Origin: Candidatus Saccharimonadota bacterium
Lineage (GTDB): Bacteria > Patescibacteriota > Saccharimonadia > Saccharimonadales > Saccharimonadaceae
NCBI GenBank assembly: GCA_002421785.1
Contig: DIRZ01000001.1
Span: 169,142-201,141 of the forward strand
Reading direction: 5' to 3'
DNA: 32,000 nucleotides
In this document: positions 6,725-15,238 of the stretch, one piece after another
Layout of the letters: every line of letters begins with the position of its first letter
How positions within the stretch are numbered: position 1 is the stretch's first letter
Made by a program: the position numbers and the translations under genes
Notes under the pieces: generated by a model
Seen by the model: the letters and a program-made list of their open reading frames with translations, nothing else
Told to the model about the DNA's origin: nothing
Database searches by the model: none

Positions 6725-9661
6725 TTACTGCGCCACTGGCGATTTCGTGAGCGAGATATTGAGTGCAGCACCTTCAACGATGACAGATTCTACATACTCT
6801 TTGGCGCCTTCTGCGCCCAGACTGACGGCTAGTGTCTCAGCCTGAATCGTTTCACAGTGCTCGTCTATGGCAGCCCTTAGGTCATCACTGTCGGTTGTCA
6901 GCACCAACTCGATACGATCGTCAACGTTCAGCCCGGCTTTTTTACGTACCGATTGTATGTGACGCACCACTTCACGCATTATACCTTCGCGTTTCAACTC
7001 ATCAGTAATGTGCCAGTCAATATCCATCATCTTCCAATCAATTCCAAGTGTAGAATGAGGCAGCTCTTCGCTGGTATTTACTTTGAACTCAAAGTTTATA
7101 TTTGTCTCTTCAACAATCATAGCCTTTAATTCATCACGTAAATCGACACCGTATTTCTGGATTATATAAGAAGAACCTGCCAATCTTTGACGAACTTTGT
7201 AAGTTGGGCCTTGCTCTGCGCGTCGAGATAAGGCAATATTGATAAGCTCTCGGGCGTACGTCATCTCATCCAGCACAGCCTTATCAACGTCTCCCGCGGC
7301 CATCCAGTCCTTTAAATGAACCGATTCGCTGTCGCCGGTGAGGTTATGGTACAACTCCTCCGCGAGGAATGGCGTGAACGGAGCCATGACATACGCCAGG
7401 CGCACCAACACATAGTGCAGTGTCCTATACGCGTCATTCTTGTCGCCATCATCTTCACTCTTCCAAAAGCGACGACGGCTTCGACGAACGTACCAGTTAC
7501 TCGCATCATCAAGGAACGGCAAAATTGGATTGAGGGCATCGGGAATATTATAACCGTCCATGTGGTGCTCAACCTCGCCAATCAGCTGGTGCAGGCGAGA
7601 CACAATCCAGATATCAAGCGGATTTGTCAGTTCTGTCAGCGGGTCGGTAAAGTTTCCATCATATTCCCAGCCATCAACCTCTGCATACATCGTAAAGAAG
7701 TCGTACATATTCCATATCATGCCGAGCTTGCGCGCCACATCGCCCACTTCTTTGTCGTGAAGCGCAAAGTCCTCGCCGTTCAGTAGTGGCGAGCCAAGCA
7801 ACAAGAACCGGAGTGAATCCGCCGAAAACTTATCCATTAGTTCATTCGGATCAGTATAGTTACCATAGCTTTTGCTCATTTTGCGGCCATCATTACCGGC
7901 AACGTTACCCGTGACAATCACGTTCTTGAATGAGTTTTCGCCAAAAAGCGCGACGCTCATTGCATGCATATAATAGAACCACGCTCGCACCTGCCCGATG
8001 TACTCCACGATAAAATCACCAGGGAAGTTCGCTTCAAACTTCTCCTTATTTTCGAACGGGTAATGGAACTGAGCGAACGGCATGCTACCCGCCTCGAACC
8101 AGCTATCCATTACCTTATCGGTGCGCCGATACTCAACGCCATCGATAGTAAAGGTAATGTCATCTACCCATGGGCGGTGATAGTCATCGAGTTCTACGCC
8201 AGATAGTTCCTTCAACTCGGCGTACGAGCCCACAACGCGAACATGCTCTTTGCCTTCAGCGTCCGTTCCCTTCCATACTGGCATCGCCGTCGCCCAAAAA
8301 CGGTCACGAGAAATATTCCAGTCAGGCGCCTGTTCAACCGTCTTCGCGAATCGCCCTTCTTTCACGTGTTCGGGGAACCATGTAATAGGCTCGTTCTTTT
8401 CGAGCATCATTTCGCGCTGGCCATCAATGTCCATAAACCAGCTTGGGTGCGCACGATACATAAGCTTGGTACCACATCGATGACAGTGTGGGTAGCTGTG
8501 ACGAATGTAATCAATCTTCCAAACGACGCCTCGCTCCTTCAGGTCCTTAGCGATCTGTTTGTTCACTTCCCATACGTTTGCCCCTACCCAATCACTTTCC
8601 GTAAAGTCACCATTTTCATCAATCGTGTGCACCACCGGAATTTTATGCTCCTTCGCAAGCGCGAAGTCCTCTTCACCATATGCTGGCGCAATGTGCACAA
8701 TGCCCGTACCATCTTCGTGACTAACATAGTCCGCCGCCCATACTTTATGCGCATTTTCACCACGGTTATTTCCTAGCAGTGGCTCATATGACACTCCAAC
8801 CAGTTCGCTCCCTGCGAGTTCACGCAACACCTTATAGTCTAGCGGATGATGTTTCTCATCTTGCAGCACCTTGCCCAGCAGTTCCTTCGCCAGGATAAAT
8901 ATCTCTCCGCCCACCTCTACCTCGACATATACGAGCTTTTCATTCACCGCCAGTGCAGTGTTGGCGGGGAGCGTCCACGGTGTCGTCGTCCAAGCAAGGA
9001 GCGTCGATCCGCTTTCAAGTTTAAATTTCACGTACACGCTCGGGTCTGTAACATCCTGGTAGGCGCCCGCGTCCATCGTTACTTCTGCTTTACTGAGCGG
9101 CGTCGCATCCAGCGTACAGTACATCAGTACTTTTTCACCCTCATAAATCTTGCCCTTTTCGTACAGGGTCTTAAATGCCCACCACACACTTTCCATGTAG
9201 CTCTTGTCCATCGTCTTGTAGGCACCCTTGAAATCAACCCAGCGGCCAATGCGGTCCACAGTTGACTCCCATTCGCTACTCGTCTGCACCATATTTTCCC
9301 GACATGCGATAATATACTTTTCGATACCGTACTCAATGACTTCCTCGCGGCTTTTTATTCCCAGCTTCTTTTCGGTATAACGCTCCGCAGGCAGACCATG
9401 ACAGTCCCATCCCCATACGCGCTCGACGCGCCTCCCCTTCATTGTCTGGTAACGAGGTATGGCGTCTTTCACAATACTTGAAAGCAATGTGCCGTGATGC
9501 GGCACGCCGGAAATAAATGGTGGCCCATCATAAAAAACGTATGAGTTGTCCGCTGGACGATTTTCAACCGATTTTTCAAATGTGCGATTCGCCTTCCAGC
9601 GCTGCACCCAATCCTTTTCATATTCGAGTGCTCGTCGTCGATTGCCAGATGTAAACTTCAT
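6725..9661 (-). CDS. ileS: isoleucyl-tRNA synthetase, eukaryote-like (type 2)
   Basis: FYDGPPFISGVPHHGT (HIGH region), GWDCHGLP, TTPWTLPAN (editing domain) and KMSKSYGNYTDP. 978 aa. AAGGAG SD at 9667-9672. Confidence 0.95.
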   Translation of the reverse strand: MKFTSGNRRRALEYEKDWVQRWKANRTFEKSVENRPADNSYVFYDGPPFISGVPHHGTLLSSIVKDAIPRYQTMKGRRVERVWGWDCHGLPAERYTEKKLGIKSREEVIEYGIEKYIIACRENMVQTSSEWESTVDRIGRWVDFKGAYKTMDKSYMESVWWAFKTLYEKGKIYEGEKVLMYCTLDATPLSKAEVTMDAGAYQDVTDPSVYVKFKLESGSTLLAWTTTPWTLPANTALAVNEKLVYVEVEVGGEIFILAKELLGKVLQDEKHHPLDYKVLRELAGSELVGVSYEPLLGNNRGENAHKVWAADYVSHEDGTGIVHIAPAYGEEDFALAKEHKIPVVHTIDENGDFTESDWVGANVWEVNKQIAKDLKERGVVWKIDYIRHSYPHCHRCGTKLMYRAHPSWFMDIDGQREMMLEKNEPITWFPEHVKEGRFAKTVEQAPDWNISRDRFWATAMPVWKGTDAEGKEHVRVVGSYAELKELSGVELDDYHRPWVDDITFTIDGVEYRRTDKVMDSWFEAGSMPFAQFHYPFENKEKFEANFPGDFIVEYIGQVRAWFYYMHAMSVALFGENSFKNVIVTGNVAGNDGRKMSKSYGNYTDPNELMDKFSADSLRFLLLGSPLLNGEDFALHDKEVGDVARKLGMIWNMYDFFTMYAEVDGWEYDGNFTDPLTELTNPLDIWIVSRLHQLIGEVEHHMDGYNIPDALNPILPFLDDASNWYVRRSRRRFWKSEDDGDKNDAYRTLHYVLVRLAYVMAPFTPFLAEELYHNLTGDSESVHLKDWMAAGDVDKAVLDEMTYARELINIALSRRAEQGPTYKVRQRLAGSSYIIQKYGVDLRDELKAMIVEETNINFEFKVNTSEELPHSTLGIDWKMMDIDWHITDELKREGIMREVVRHIQSVRKKAGLNVDDRIELVLTTDSDDLRAAIDEHCETIQAETLAVSLGAEGAKEYVESVIVEGAALNISLTKSPVAQ

Positions 9662-9874
9662 AAATGCTCCTTATCGTTTATTATATTTGTGATAAATAAA
9701 AAACTACTGCTTTTGACTACGAGAACCGAATTATCCGGTGGTACCATCTCGTTTCCAAAAGAAGTAGTTCTTTTAGCGCTCTGTTGTTCGCTTTGTCGCA
9801 GCGTTCGCGGTGAGTTCTACTTGGGCGCACCCTTTCTTCCCACGACTCGTGGTTGATAGCCACTCAGACGTCTT
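9662..9874 (-). promoter_or_regulatory. T-box leader RNA (Ile specifier AUC) upstream of ileS, with its promoter -10 at 9881-9886
   Basis: Minus strand elements: TATAAT; hairpin GTGG-CTATCAA-CCAC (9849-9863) with AUC-A in the loop; an AGTAGAA element; ACGAGA-TGGTACC-ACCGG-ATAAT-TCGGT-TCTCGT (9719-9752), which has the A1 / 7-nt bulge / A2 antiterminator geometry; and a long outer helix plus T-tract (9692-9769). Confidence 0.6.
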
Positions 9875-9905
9875 AGCCCTATTATACCTCTCGCCTCTCC
9901 AAATA

Positions 9906-9939
9906 CAAAATACACAGCTTGCGGTAGCTGTGTATTTTG
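9906..9939 (-). terminator. intrinsic terminator after the DoxX gene
   Basis: Perfect 14-bp stem CAAAATACACAGCT/AGCTGTGTATTTTG with a 6-nt loop. It is T-rich on the 3' side on the minus strand. Confidence 0.6.
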
Positions 9940-9953
9940 AATAGTCAGTAAAA

Positions 9954-10466
9954 CTACCAGAGCCAAGGATTCTTTTTGACCGTTGGGGTCTGAAGCCATG
10001 TATCAAGTAGGCTAAACTTACGCGGCGCAAGCGCAGCAACCCACAGTAGTACCGAATACACAAGGTGTTCGTCGATAAGTGGATTATTCTTGAGCGGAAG
10101 CTGAGCCGCCCACATCATTACAAGCAGCGCTGTTCCTGCAACTGCAGCAACACGCAACCCGATACCAAGGATTAGTGATACACCCAAACCAAGAAGACCA
10201 AGCATAAACAGCCAATCAACGAGCACGTTACCCGCAAGTCCATTGAACATTGCAGCGAACGGACTCTCGGGGTTGACGCCAAACTTCAGAAAACCTGCTG
10301 TTGGCGATACACCGTTGACCCATGATTCGCCGTATTTTGTTGCGAACCCAAGGCCCATCGTCTTATCGAGGAATGCCCACAAAAAGACGAAACCGAGCAT
10401 AATTCGCGCAACCGCAATTGCTGTCCATGCATGGTCATATGTTACGTTTTTCTTTGCTTTTACCAT
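9954..10466 (-). CDS. DoxX family membrane protein
   Basis: IAVARIMLGFVFLWAFLDK... with 4 TM segments, a typical DoxX pattern. AGGAGGG SD. Confidence 0.8.
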   Translation of the reverse strand: MVKAKKNVTYDHAWTAIAVARIMLGFVFLWAFLDKTMGLGFATKYGESWVNGVSPTAGFLKFGVNPESPFAAMFNGLAGNVLVDWLFMLGLLGLGVSLILGIGLRVAAVAGTALLVMMWAAQLPLKNNPLIDEHLVYSVLLWVAALAPRKFSLLDTWLQTPTVKKNPWLW

Positions 10467-10541
10467 TTTACTGTGCCCTCCTTTAGCAAATGGGTTATGC
10501 GTATACTGTACGCTAACGTATCCAAAAAATAAAGCCTAAGC

Positions 10542-11171
10542 TTAAAATAGGTACGGGCCATACTTAGCCAAGATAGCCGCGACTAGCACAAAGACAATCG
10601 TGAACAATGCCATTTTGTCATAATCCTTGTCGATGAAACGATGTAGCGCTTTCTCTAGGCCGGCACTTAGATACAGATTACCTTCGCGAATGTTATAGCG
10701 CGTAATCGCAAACCATACAAACGTCGTTGTCGCCGTCACCAGCAGACACCATGGACATAGCGCGCCAATCACGAAATAACTTGTACCGAATAGCCAAAAC
10801 GCAAAAATCAGTCCCAAGGTGTAAAAAATTTGTGCAACAAACATAAATAGTCGTGGGAATTTCGTCCCCGCGAGCCCAGCAATCGCGACGGTGATAACGA
10901 TTGGCTCCGCGATGAGCCCAAGGAAGCTATTAGGAAAACCAAACAAATGCGCCGATGGGTGTAGCCCCACTGTTGCACAGTTCAAAACAGCGTTAAAATT
11001 ACAAGCCAGCACTGCATCAGCATTCTTAGCGAGTTCAACCGCCTCAACAGAGAGTACAAACGAGGCAATCAAGCTAGCTATCGCCCCCACAAGCATACTG
11101 GCAAATATCCACCGATTATCACGCAGCTTTTTATCTTCATGCGTAAAATACTCTTTAATCCTGCGAAACAT
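10542..11171 (-). CDS. vitamin K epoxide reductase (VKOR) family protein
   Basis: Loop cysteine pair C-x7-C (CNFNAVLNC), then SAHLFGFPNSFLGL, and the active-site CPWC in a TM helix. Confidence 0.8.
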   Translation of the reverse strand: MFRRIKEYFTHEDKKLRDNRWIFASMLVGAIASLIASFVLSVEAVELAKNADAVLACNFNAVLNCATVGLHPSAHLFGFPNSFLGLIAEPIVITVAIAGLAGTKFPRLFMFVAQIFYTLGLIFAFWLFGTSYFVIGALCPWCLLVTATTTFVWFAITRYNIREGNLYLSAGLEKALHRFIDKDYDKMALFTIVFVLVAAILAKYGPYLF

Positions 11172-11421
11172 AGTAACTCACCTCGTTTATCGTGGGGAGA
11201 ATAGCACCTCTCCACATATTTTGTAATTGGCCATCATTGCTCAGAGCGATAATGGTTGGGTATTCCACGACATCATACGCGCGACAAAATAATTCACCTT
11301 CGGTAGATTCGGGGTCGAGCACTTCTATCGTTCTGCCTGTTTGACGCGCAAAATCTGCTAGAAAATCATCCACGATTCGCGTATAATCCTGATCGTTTTT
11401 ATATACTACCACCACGCGCAC
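11155..11421 (-). CDS. small thioredoxin/NrdH-like-fold protein lacking the CXXC pair
   Basis: 88 aa. It has the beta-alpha-beta start MRVVVVYKNDQDY where redoxins carry CxxC, and EYPTIIAL (cis-Pro region). It has a single Cys. It overlaps the VKOR start by 17 nt. The fold assignment is by eye only. Confidence 0.5.
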   Translation of the reverse strand: MRVVVVYKNDQDYTRIVDDFLADFARQTGRTIEVLDPESTEGELFCRAYDVVEYPTIIALSNDGQLQNMWRGAILPTINEVSYYVSQD

Positions 11422-11423
11422 GA

Positions 11424-11885
11424 CTACTTCTCCTTCCTGCTTACTCGGCGTTGCTCGAGGATTTGCACGAAATCGTCGAGTGTCTTAAATTTATGAAACA
11501 CGCTTGCGAAACGAACATACGCAACCTCATTCTTTGCCGCCAGCTCATCCAGCACAAGCTCACCGATTTGCCCTGAAAGCACTTCGCTCTCGCCTAATTC
11601 ATACAATGCCTCTTCGACATTGTTAATAATCGCCTCAATTTCCACTTCACTCTTAAAGAATTTGCCCACAGACCGGCGTATCGCTGTTGTTAGCTTTTCA
11701 CGATCAAACAACTCCCGTGCCCCATCCTTCTTAATAACGGCCAAGTTTGGATGTTCAATGCGTTCGTATGTCGTAAATCGGTGCGTGCCATCCATTGTTT
11801 CGCGGCGGCGTCGAATCGTAATTCCATCCGCACTTTCGCGCGATTCAAGTACTCGGCTATCGCCGATTTTGTAGTTATGTGCCAT
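11424..11885 (-). CDS. nrdR: NrdR-like transcriptional regulator (ATP-cone) with a cysteine-free N-terminal ribbon
   Basis: RRRRE....RFTTYER and the ATP-cone (VIKKDG.RE.FDREKL...VAYVRFASVFH.F) align with NrdR along the whole length. The protein contains no cysteine. Confidence 0.75.
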   Translation of the reverse strand: MAHNYKIGDSRVLESRESADGITIRRRRETMDGTHRFTTYERIEHPNLAVIKKDGARELFDREKLTTAIRRSVGKFFKSEVEIEAIINNVEEALYELGESEVLSGQIGELVLDELAAKNEVAYVRFASVFHKFKTLDDFVQILEQRRVSRKEK

Positions 11886-11901
11886 GGGCTGTTATCCCTT
11901 C

Positions 11902-13098
11902 CTAAGATTCGTCTGATTGCTTGTTTTTGTTGCGGCGACGGAGAAATGCCGGCGTATCGTCGTCATCGTCGCTTTCAGCCGGCTGATTCCAAATATTGCC
12001 TGATGGCTCTTCAGCAAAATGCTTCGCTGCATCTGCATGATTGAGGTCCATATCGATATCCTTGACGGCATTGTCATCGATTTGTGCGGTCGCCGCACTC
12101 GCAGTTGACTTATCGAGTTCTTCGGCCTGCTGATGGAAATACGCGCTATCAAAGCCTGTCGCGATAACCGTAATAATCAGCTCATCCTCAAGCTCTGGCT
12201 TCAATGTTGCACCAAAGATGATGTTGGCATCAGGGCTCACCGCGCTCGTAATGATTTCAGCCGCTTCCTGAATCTCACTCATGCTCATGTCGTAGCCACC
12301 GGTAACGTTGAACAGAACGCCCTTAGCACCGTCAATTGATACTTCAATAAGCGGGCTTTCGATGGCTTGCTGTGCTGCTTGCGCAGCACGATCATCACCA
12401 CTGGCGCGACCAATACCCATCAGCGCACTACCAGCGTTGCTCATAATAGCTTTTACGTCCGCAAAGTCGAGGTTGATCAAACCATGCTCAGTAATGAGCT
12501 CAGAAATACCCTGAACGCCCTGACGCAATACGTCATCGGCAATTTTGAATGTTTCCAGCAGCGGCGTCCTGCGATCGATTGTCTGCAGTAGCCGGTCGTT
12601 AGGAATCGTAATGAGCGTGTCAACCTGCCTACCGAGCTGAGCAATTGCCCACTCTGCATTTGAACGACGCTTTTCGCCTTCAAAACTAAAGGGTTTTGTT
12701 GCTACACCGACAACCAATATACCAAGCTCACGGGCAACTTCTGCAACCACGTGGCCCGCACCACTTCCGGTGCCTCCACCTGCACCAATGGTAACAAATA
12801 CCATATCAGCGCCTTCAAGCGCATCTTTAATCTCATCAATCGATTCGCGCGCCGCAGTCTCGCCAACGCTTGGATTTGCACCAGCACCAAGACCGTTTGT
12901 CGTGTTGTGGCCAAGATGGATTTTTATGTCTGCTTTACTATTATGGAGGGCCTGGGCATCGGTATTCATTGCGATGAACTGAACCCCAACAAGACCGGCA
13001 TCCTTCATGCGATTTACCGCAGAACCACCGGCGCCGCCGACACCAACGACTTTTATGCTTGCAAATGTCTGAATTTCACTTGGTTTAACTTCTGGCAT
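11902..13098 (-). CDS. ftsZ: cell division GTPase FtsZ
   Basis: GVGGAGGSAVNRM, the tubulin signature GGGTGSGAG, NTDAQAL and an acidic C-terminal tail. Confidence 0.95.
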   Translation of the reverse strand: MPEVKPSEIQTFASIKVVGVGGAGGSAVNRMKDAGLVGVQFIAMNTDAQALHNSKADIKIHLGHNTTNGLGAGANPSVGETAARESIDEIKDALEGADMVFVTIGAGGGTGSGAGHVVAEVARELGILVVGVATKPFSFEGEKRRSNAEWAIAQLGRQVDTLITIPNDRLLQTIDRRTPLLETFKIADDVLRQGVQGISELITEHGLINLDFADVKAIMSNAGSALMGIGRASGDDRAAQAAQQAIESPLIEVSIDGAKGVLFNVTGGYDMSMSEIQEAAEIITSAVSPDANIIFGATLKPELEDELIITVIATGFDSAYFHQQAEELDKSTASAATAQIDDNAVKDIDMDLNHADAAKHFAEEPSGNIWNQPAESDDDDDTPAFLRRRNKNKQSDES

Positions 13099-13189
13099 TG
13101 TCGCTCATCACTCCCCTATATTCATATCGAATAACTATCTTATTCTAGTATACAGGAATTATTCACGAAACAATAGGTTTATAGGTATG

Positions 13190-14446
13190 CTACACTTTAA
13201 ATCGTCCGAGGATGCCTGACAAGATTCCACTTGCAGATTTTGCCATGCTCTTCCCCGATTTGTGCGCAGCTTTACCTTTACCATGCGACGCGTGGTCGTT
13301 CGTTTGCGCATCTACAAGCATCAGCCCTACTGCAGCCGCGAATTGCGGCTCTTCGATGTGATCCGCCACGCCGCCGAATCCACCCGGCTTGCCAACACGT
13401 ACCGCAAGACCCAATTGATTCTTTGCGTAATCTGCGATACCTTTTATATTCGCCGTCCCACCGGTCAAGACGACTCCACTCGGAAGTTGCCCTGCGCGGC
13501 CAGCCTTTTTGAGTTCGTGCTGAACTGCCTCAAAGATTTCTTCTAAACGCGCTTCGACAATTTCGTCAATTTCACTTGAATCAAACGTTAGAACTTCTTT
13601 ATCGTGCTTAACGCTAATGCCCTCTTTATCTTTACGAGCAAGCGCGGTCGCATGTGCAATCTTAACCTTTTCAGCAATAATTGGATCGGTCTTGAGTCCA
13701 ATAGCTAAGTCGTTCGTAATGTTAGCGCCACCAACTGGCACAACACCTACATATTGCAAATCACCTTCTTCAAATACAGCGACACCTGTCGTGGCGGCGC
13801 CGATGTCTACTACCGCGACTCCACTTTCTATCTGACCTTCTGATAACACAGCTTTGGATGCCGCCATCACAGATGGAACAATTGCATTCGTGGCAACGGT
13901 TGCCATTTCGGTTGCTTTTTGAAGGTTTACGACATATGGACCCATCGCCGAAACAACGTTTGCGCTAATCTCTAGCCGTGTACCACTCATTCCAAGTGGG
14001 TCTTTAATCCCCCCCTGACCATCGAGCACATAACTAAATGGTACAACTTCGAGTACTTCACGGTTAGCGGGCACTTTGCCTGTTGTCGCTACTTCCTCGA
14101 TACGCGCAAGGTCGTCTTCGTTCACTTCATGGTCAGCCATCCCTACGGCGATCATGCCGTCAGCCTTCGTGCTCACAATGTGCGATCCGTTGATGCTAAT
14201 CGTTGCATCGTTTACTTCGTAGCCGCTCATTCGCTCGGCTTCGCCTAACGCCTCATCAATAGCGTGTGCTGGCCCGGATAGATTGACGACGGTTCCTTTG
14301 CGCATACCGCTATTTTGCGCCTGTCCAACACCCACAACGGTAGGAGTGCCGGTCGTTGGGTCTACATGACCAACGACACAACGGATTGTTGTCGTGCCGA
14401 TATCAATGCCAACTGCGTATCGAGAATTTTCCTGCATATACAGCAT
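13190..14446 (-). CDS. ftsA: cell division protein FtsA
   Basis: Actin-fold phosphate-1 motif GIDIGTTTIRCVVG, VVDIGAATTGVAVF, LTGGTANIKGI and a C-terminal amphipathic tail. It lies immediately upstream of ftsZ. Confidence 0.9.
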   Translation of the reverse strand: MLYMQENSRYAVGIDIGTTTIRCVVGHVDPTTGTPTVVGVGQAQNSGMRKGTVVNLSGPAHAIDEALGEAERMSGYEVNDATISINGSHIVSTKADGMIAVGMADHEVNEDDLARIEEVATTGKVPANREVLEVVPFSYVLDGQGGIKDPLGMSGTRLEISANVVSAMGPYVVNLQKATEMATVATNAIVPSVMAASKAVLSEGQIESGVAVVDIGAATTGVAVFEEGDLQYVGVVPVGGANITNDLAIGLKTDPIIAEKVKIAHATALARKDKEGISVKHDKEVLTFDSSEIDEIVEARLEEIFEAVQHELKKAGRAGQLPSGVVLTGGTANIKGIADYAKNQLGLAVRVGKPGGFGGVADHIEEPQFAAAVGLMLVDAQTNDHASHGKGKAAHKSGKSMAKSASGILSGILGRFKV

Positions 14447-14473
14447 AGTATACCATAACGCTTACGGATGAAT

Positions 14474-15238
14474 CTACTTGGTTGTGATAATTTCAGCACC
14501 GGTTTCGGTAATAAGGACCGTGTGTTCGAAATGCGCTGCGAGGCTTCCATCGCGCGTTGCATATGTCCAACCGTCATCAAGTTCAACAATCTTACCACCG
14601 CCTAGCGTCGCCATCGGCTCAATGGCGATTGTCTCACCGGGATTAAGCAACTCCCCCGTGCCCCTACTGCCATAGTTCGGAATGTCAGGCGGCATATGCA
14701 TACGCAAACCCACTCCATGTCCGACGAGTTCGCGAATGATTCCGAGCTTTCCGTCGCTCAGAACTTTCTCAACAGCAGCGCTAATGTCGCCGACCCGTAC
14801 CGGCCCCTTTATCGCGTCGATTCCTGCGTACAGACTTCGTTCTGTCGTGTTCAATAAATGCTTCACAACTCCTGTTGGCTGTTCGTCCACCACCATTGTG
14901 AACGCAGCATCGGTTTTCATTTGCTTGTATGTTATAACCAGATCAAACCCAACGACATCTCCTTTGCGGAACCGATAGTCGGTTGGTACGCCGTGCACGA
15001 TTTCTTCGTTCGTACTAATACATATAACACCGGGAAAATTCACCTCACTTGTCATATATGTCGCTTCCGCGCCGTACGCTGTGATTTTTTTGGCTACAAA
15101 ATCGTTAACTTCAATTTCGCTGATACCTTCGCGTACAAACGCACGAATATCGTCAAAAATCTGCGCAATGAGCTTACCGCCTTCGCGCATCGCCTGTATT
15201 TGTTCAGGCGTTTTTTGACCAGTGATTAGTTCTGGCAT
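14474..15238 (-). CDS. map: methionine aminopeptidase type I
   Basis: Pita-bread fold metal ligands in context: VVGFDL, DAAFT, GHGVG, IAIEP, FEHTV. Confidence 0.9.
   Translation of the reverse strand: MPELITGQKTPEQIQAMREGGKLIAQIFDDIRAFVREGISEIEVNDFVAKKITAYGAEATYMTSEVNFPGVICISTNEEIVHGVPTDYRFRKGDVVGFDLVITYKQMKTDAAFTMVVDEQPTGVVKHLLNTTERSLYAGIDAIKGPVRVGDISAAVEKVLSDGKLGIIRELVGHGVGLRMHMPPDIPNYGSRGTGELLNPGETIAIEPMATLGGGKIVELDDGWTYATRDGSLAAHFEHTVLITETGAEIITTK

Noticed and set aside
9728-9750. Reading the ccggtggtacc motif as a plus-strand T-box.
   Set aside because: The GGTACC core is palindromic, so it appears on both strands. Only the minus-strand reading gives the UGGUACC bulge flanked by A1 and A2 helices, a specifier hairpin, a promoter upstream and an aminoacyl-tRNA synthetase gene downstream.
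9773-10063. 96-aa and 60-aa minus-strand ORFs covering the DoxX 3' end, its terminator and the ileS leader.
   Set aside because: They run through a perfect 14-bp terminator hairpin, the ileS promoter and the T-box elements. The DoxX frame explains the upstream part.
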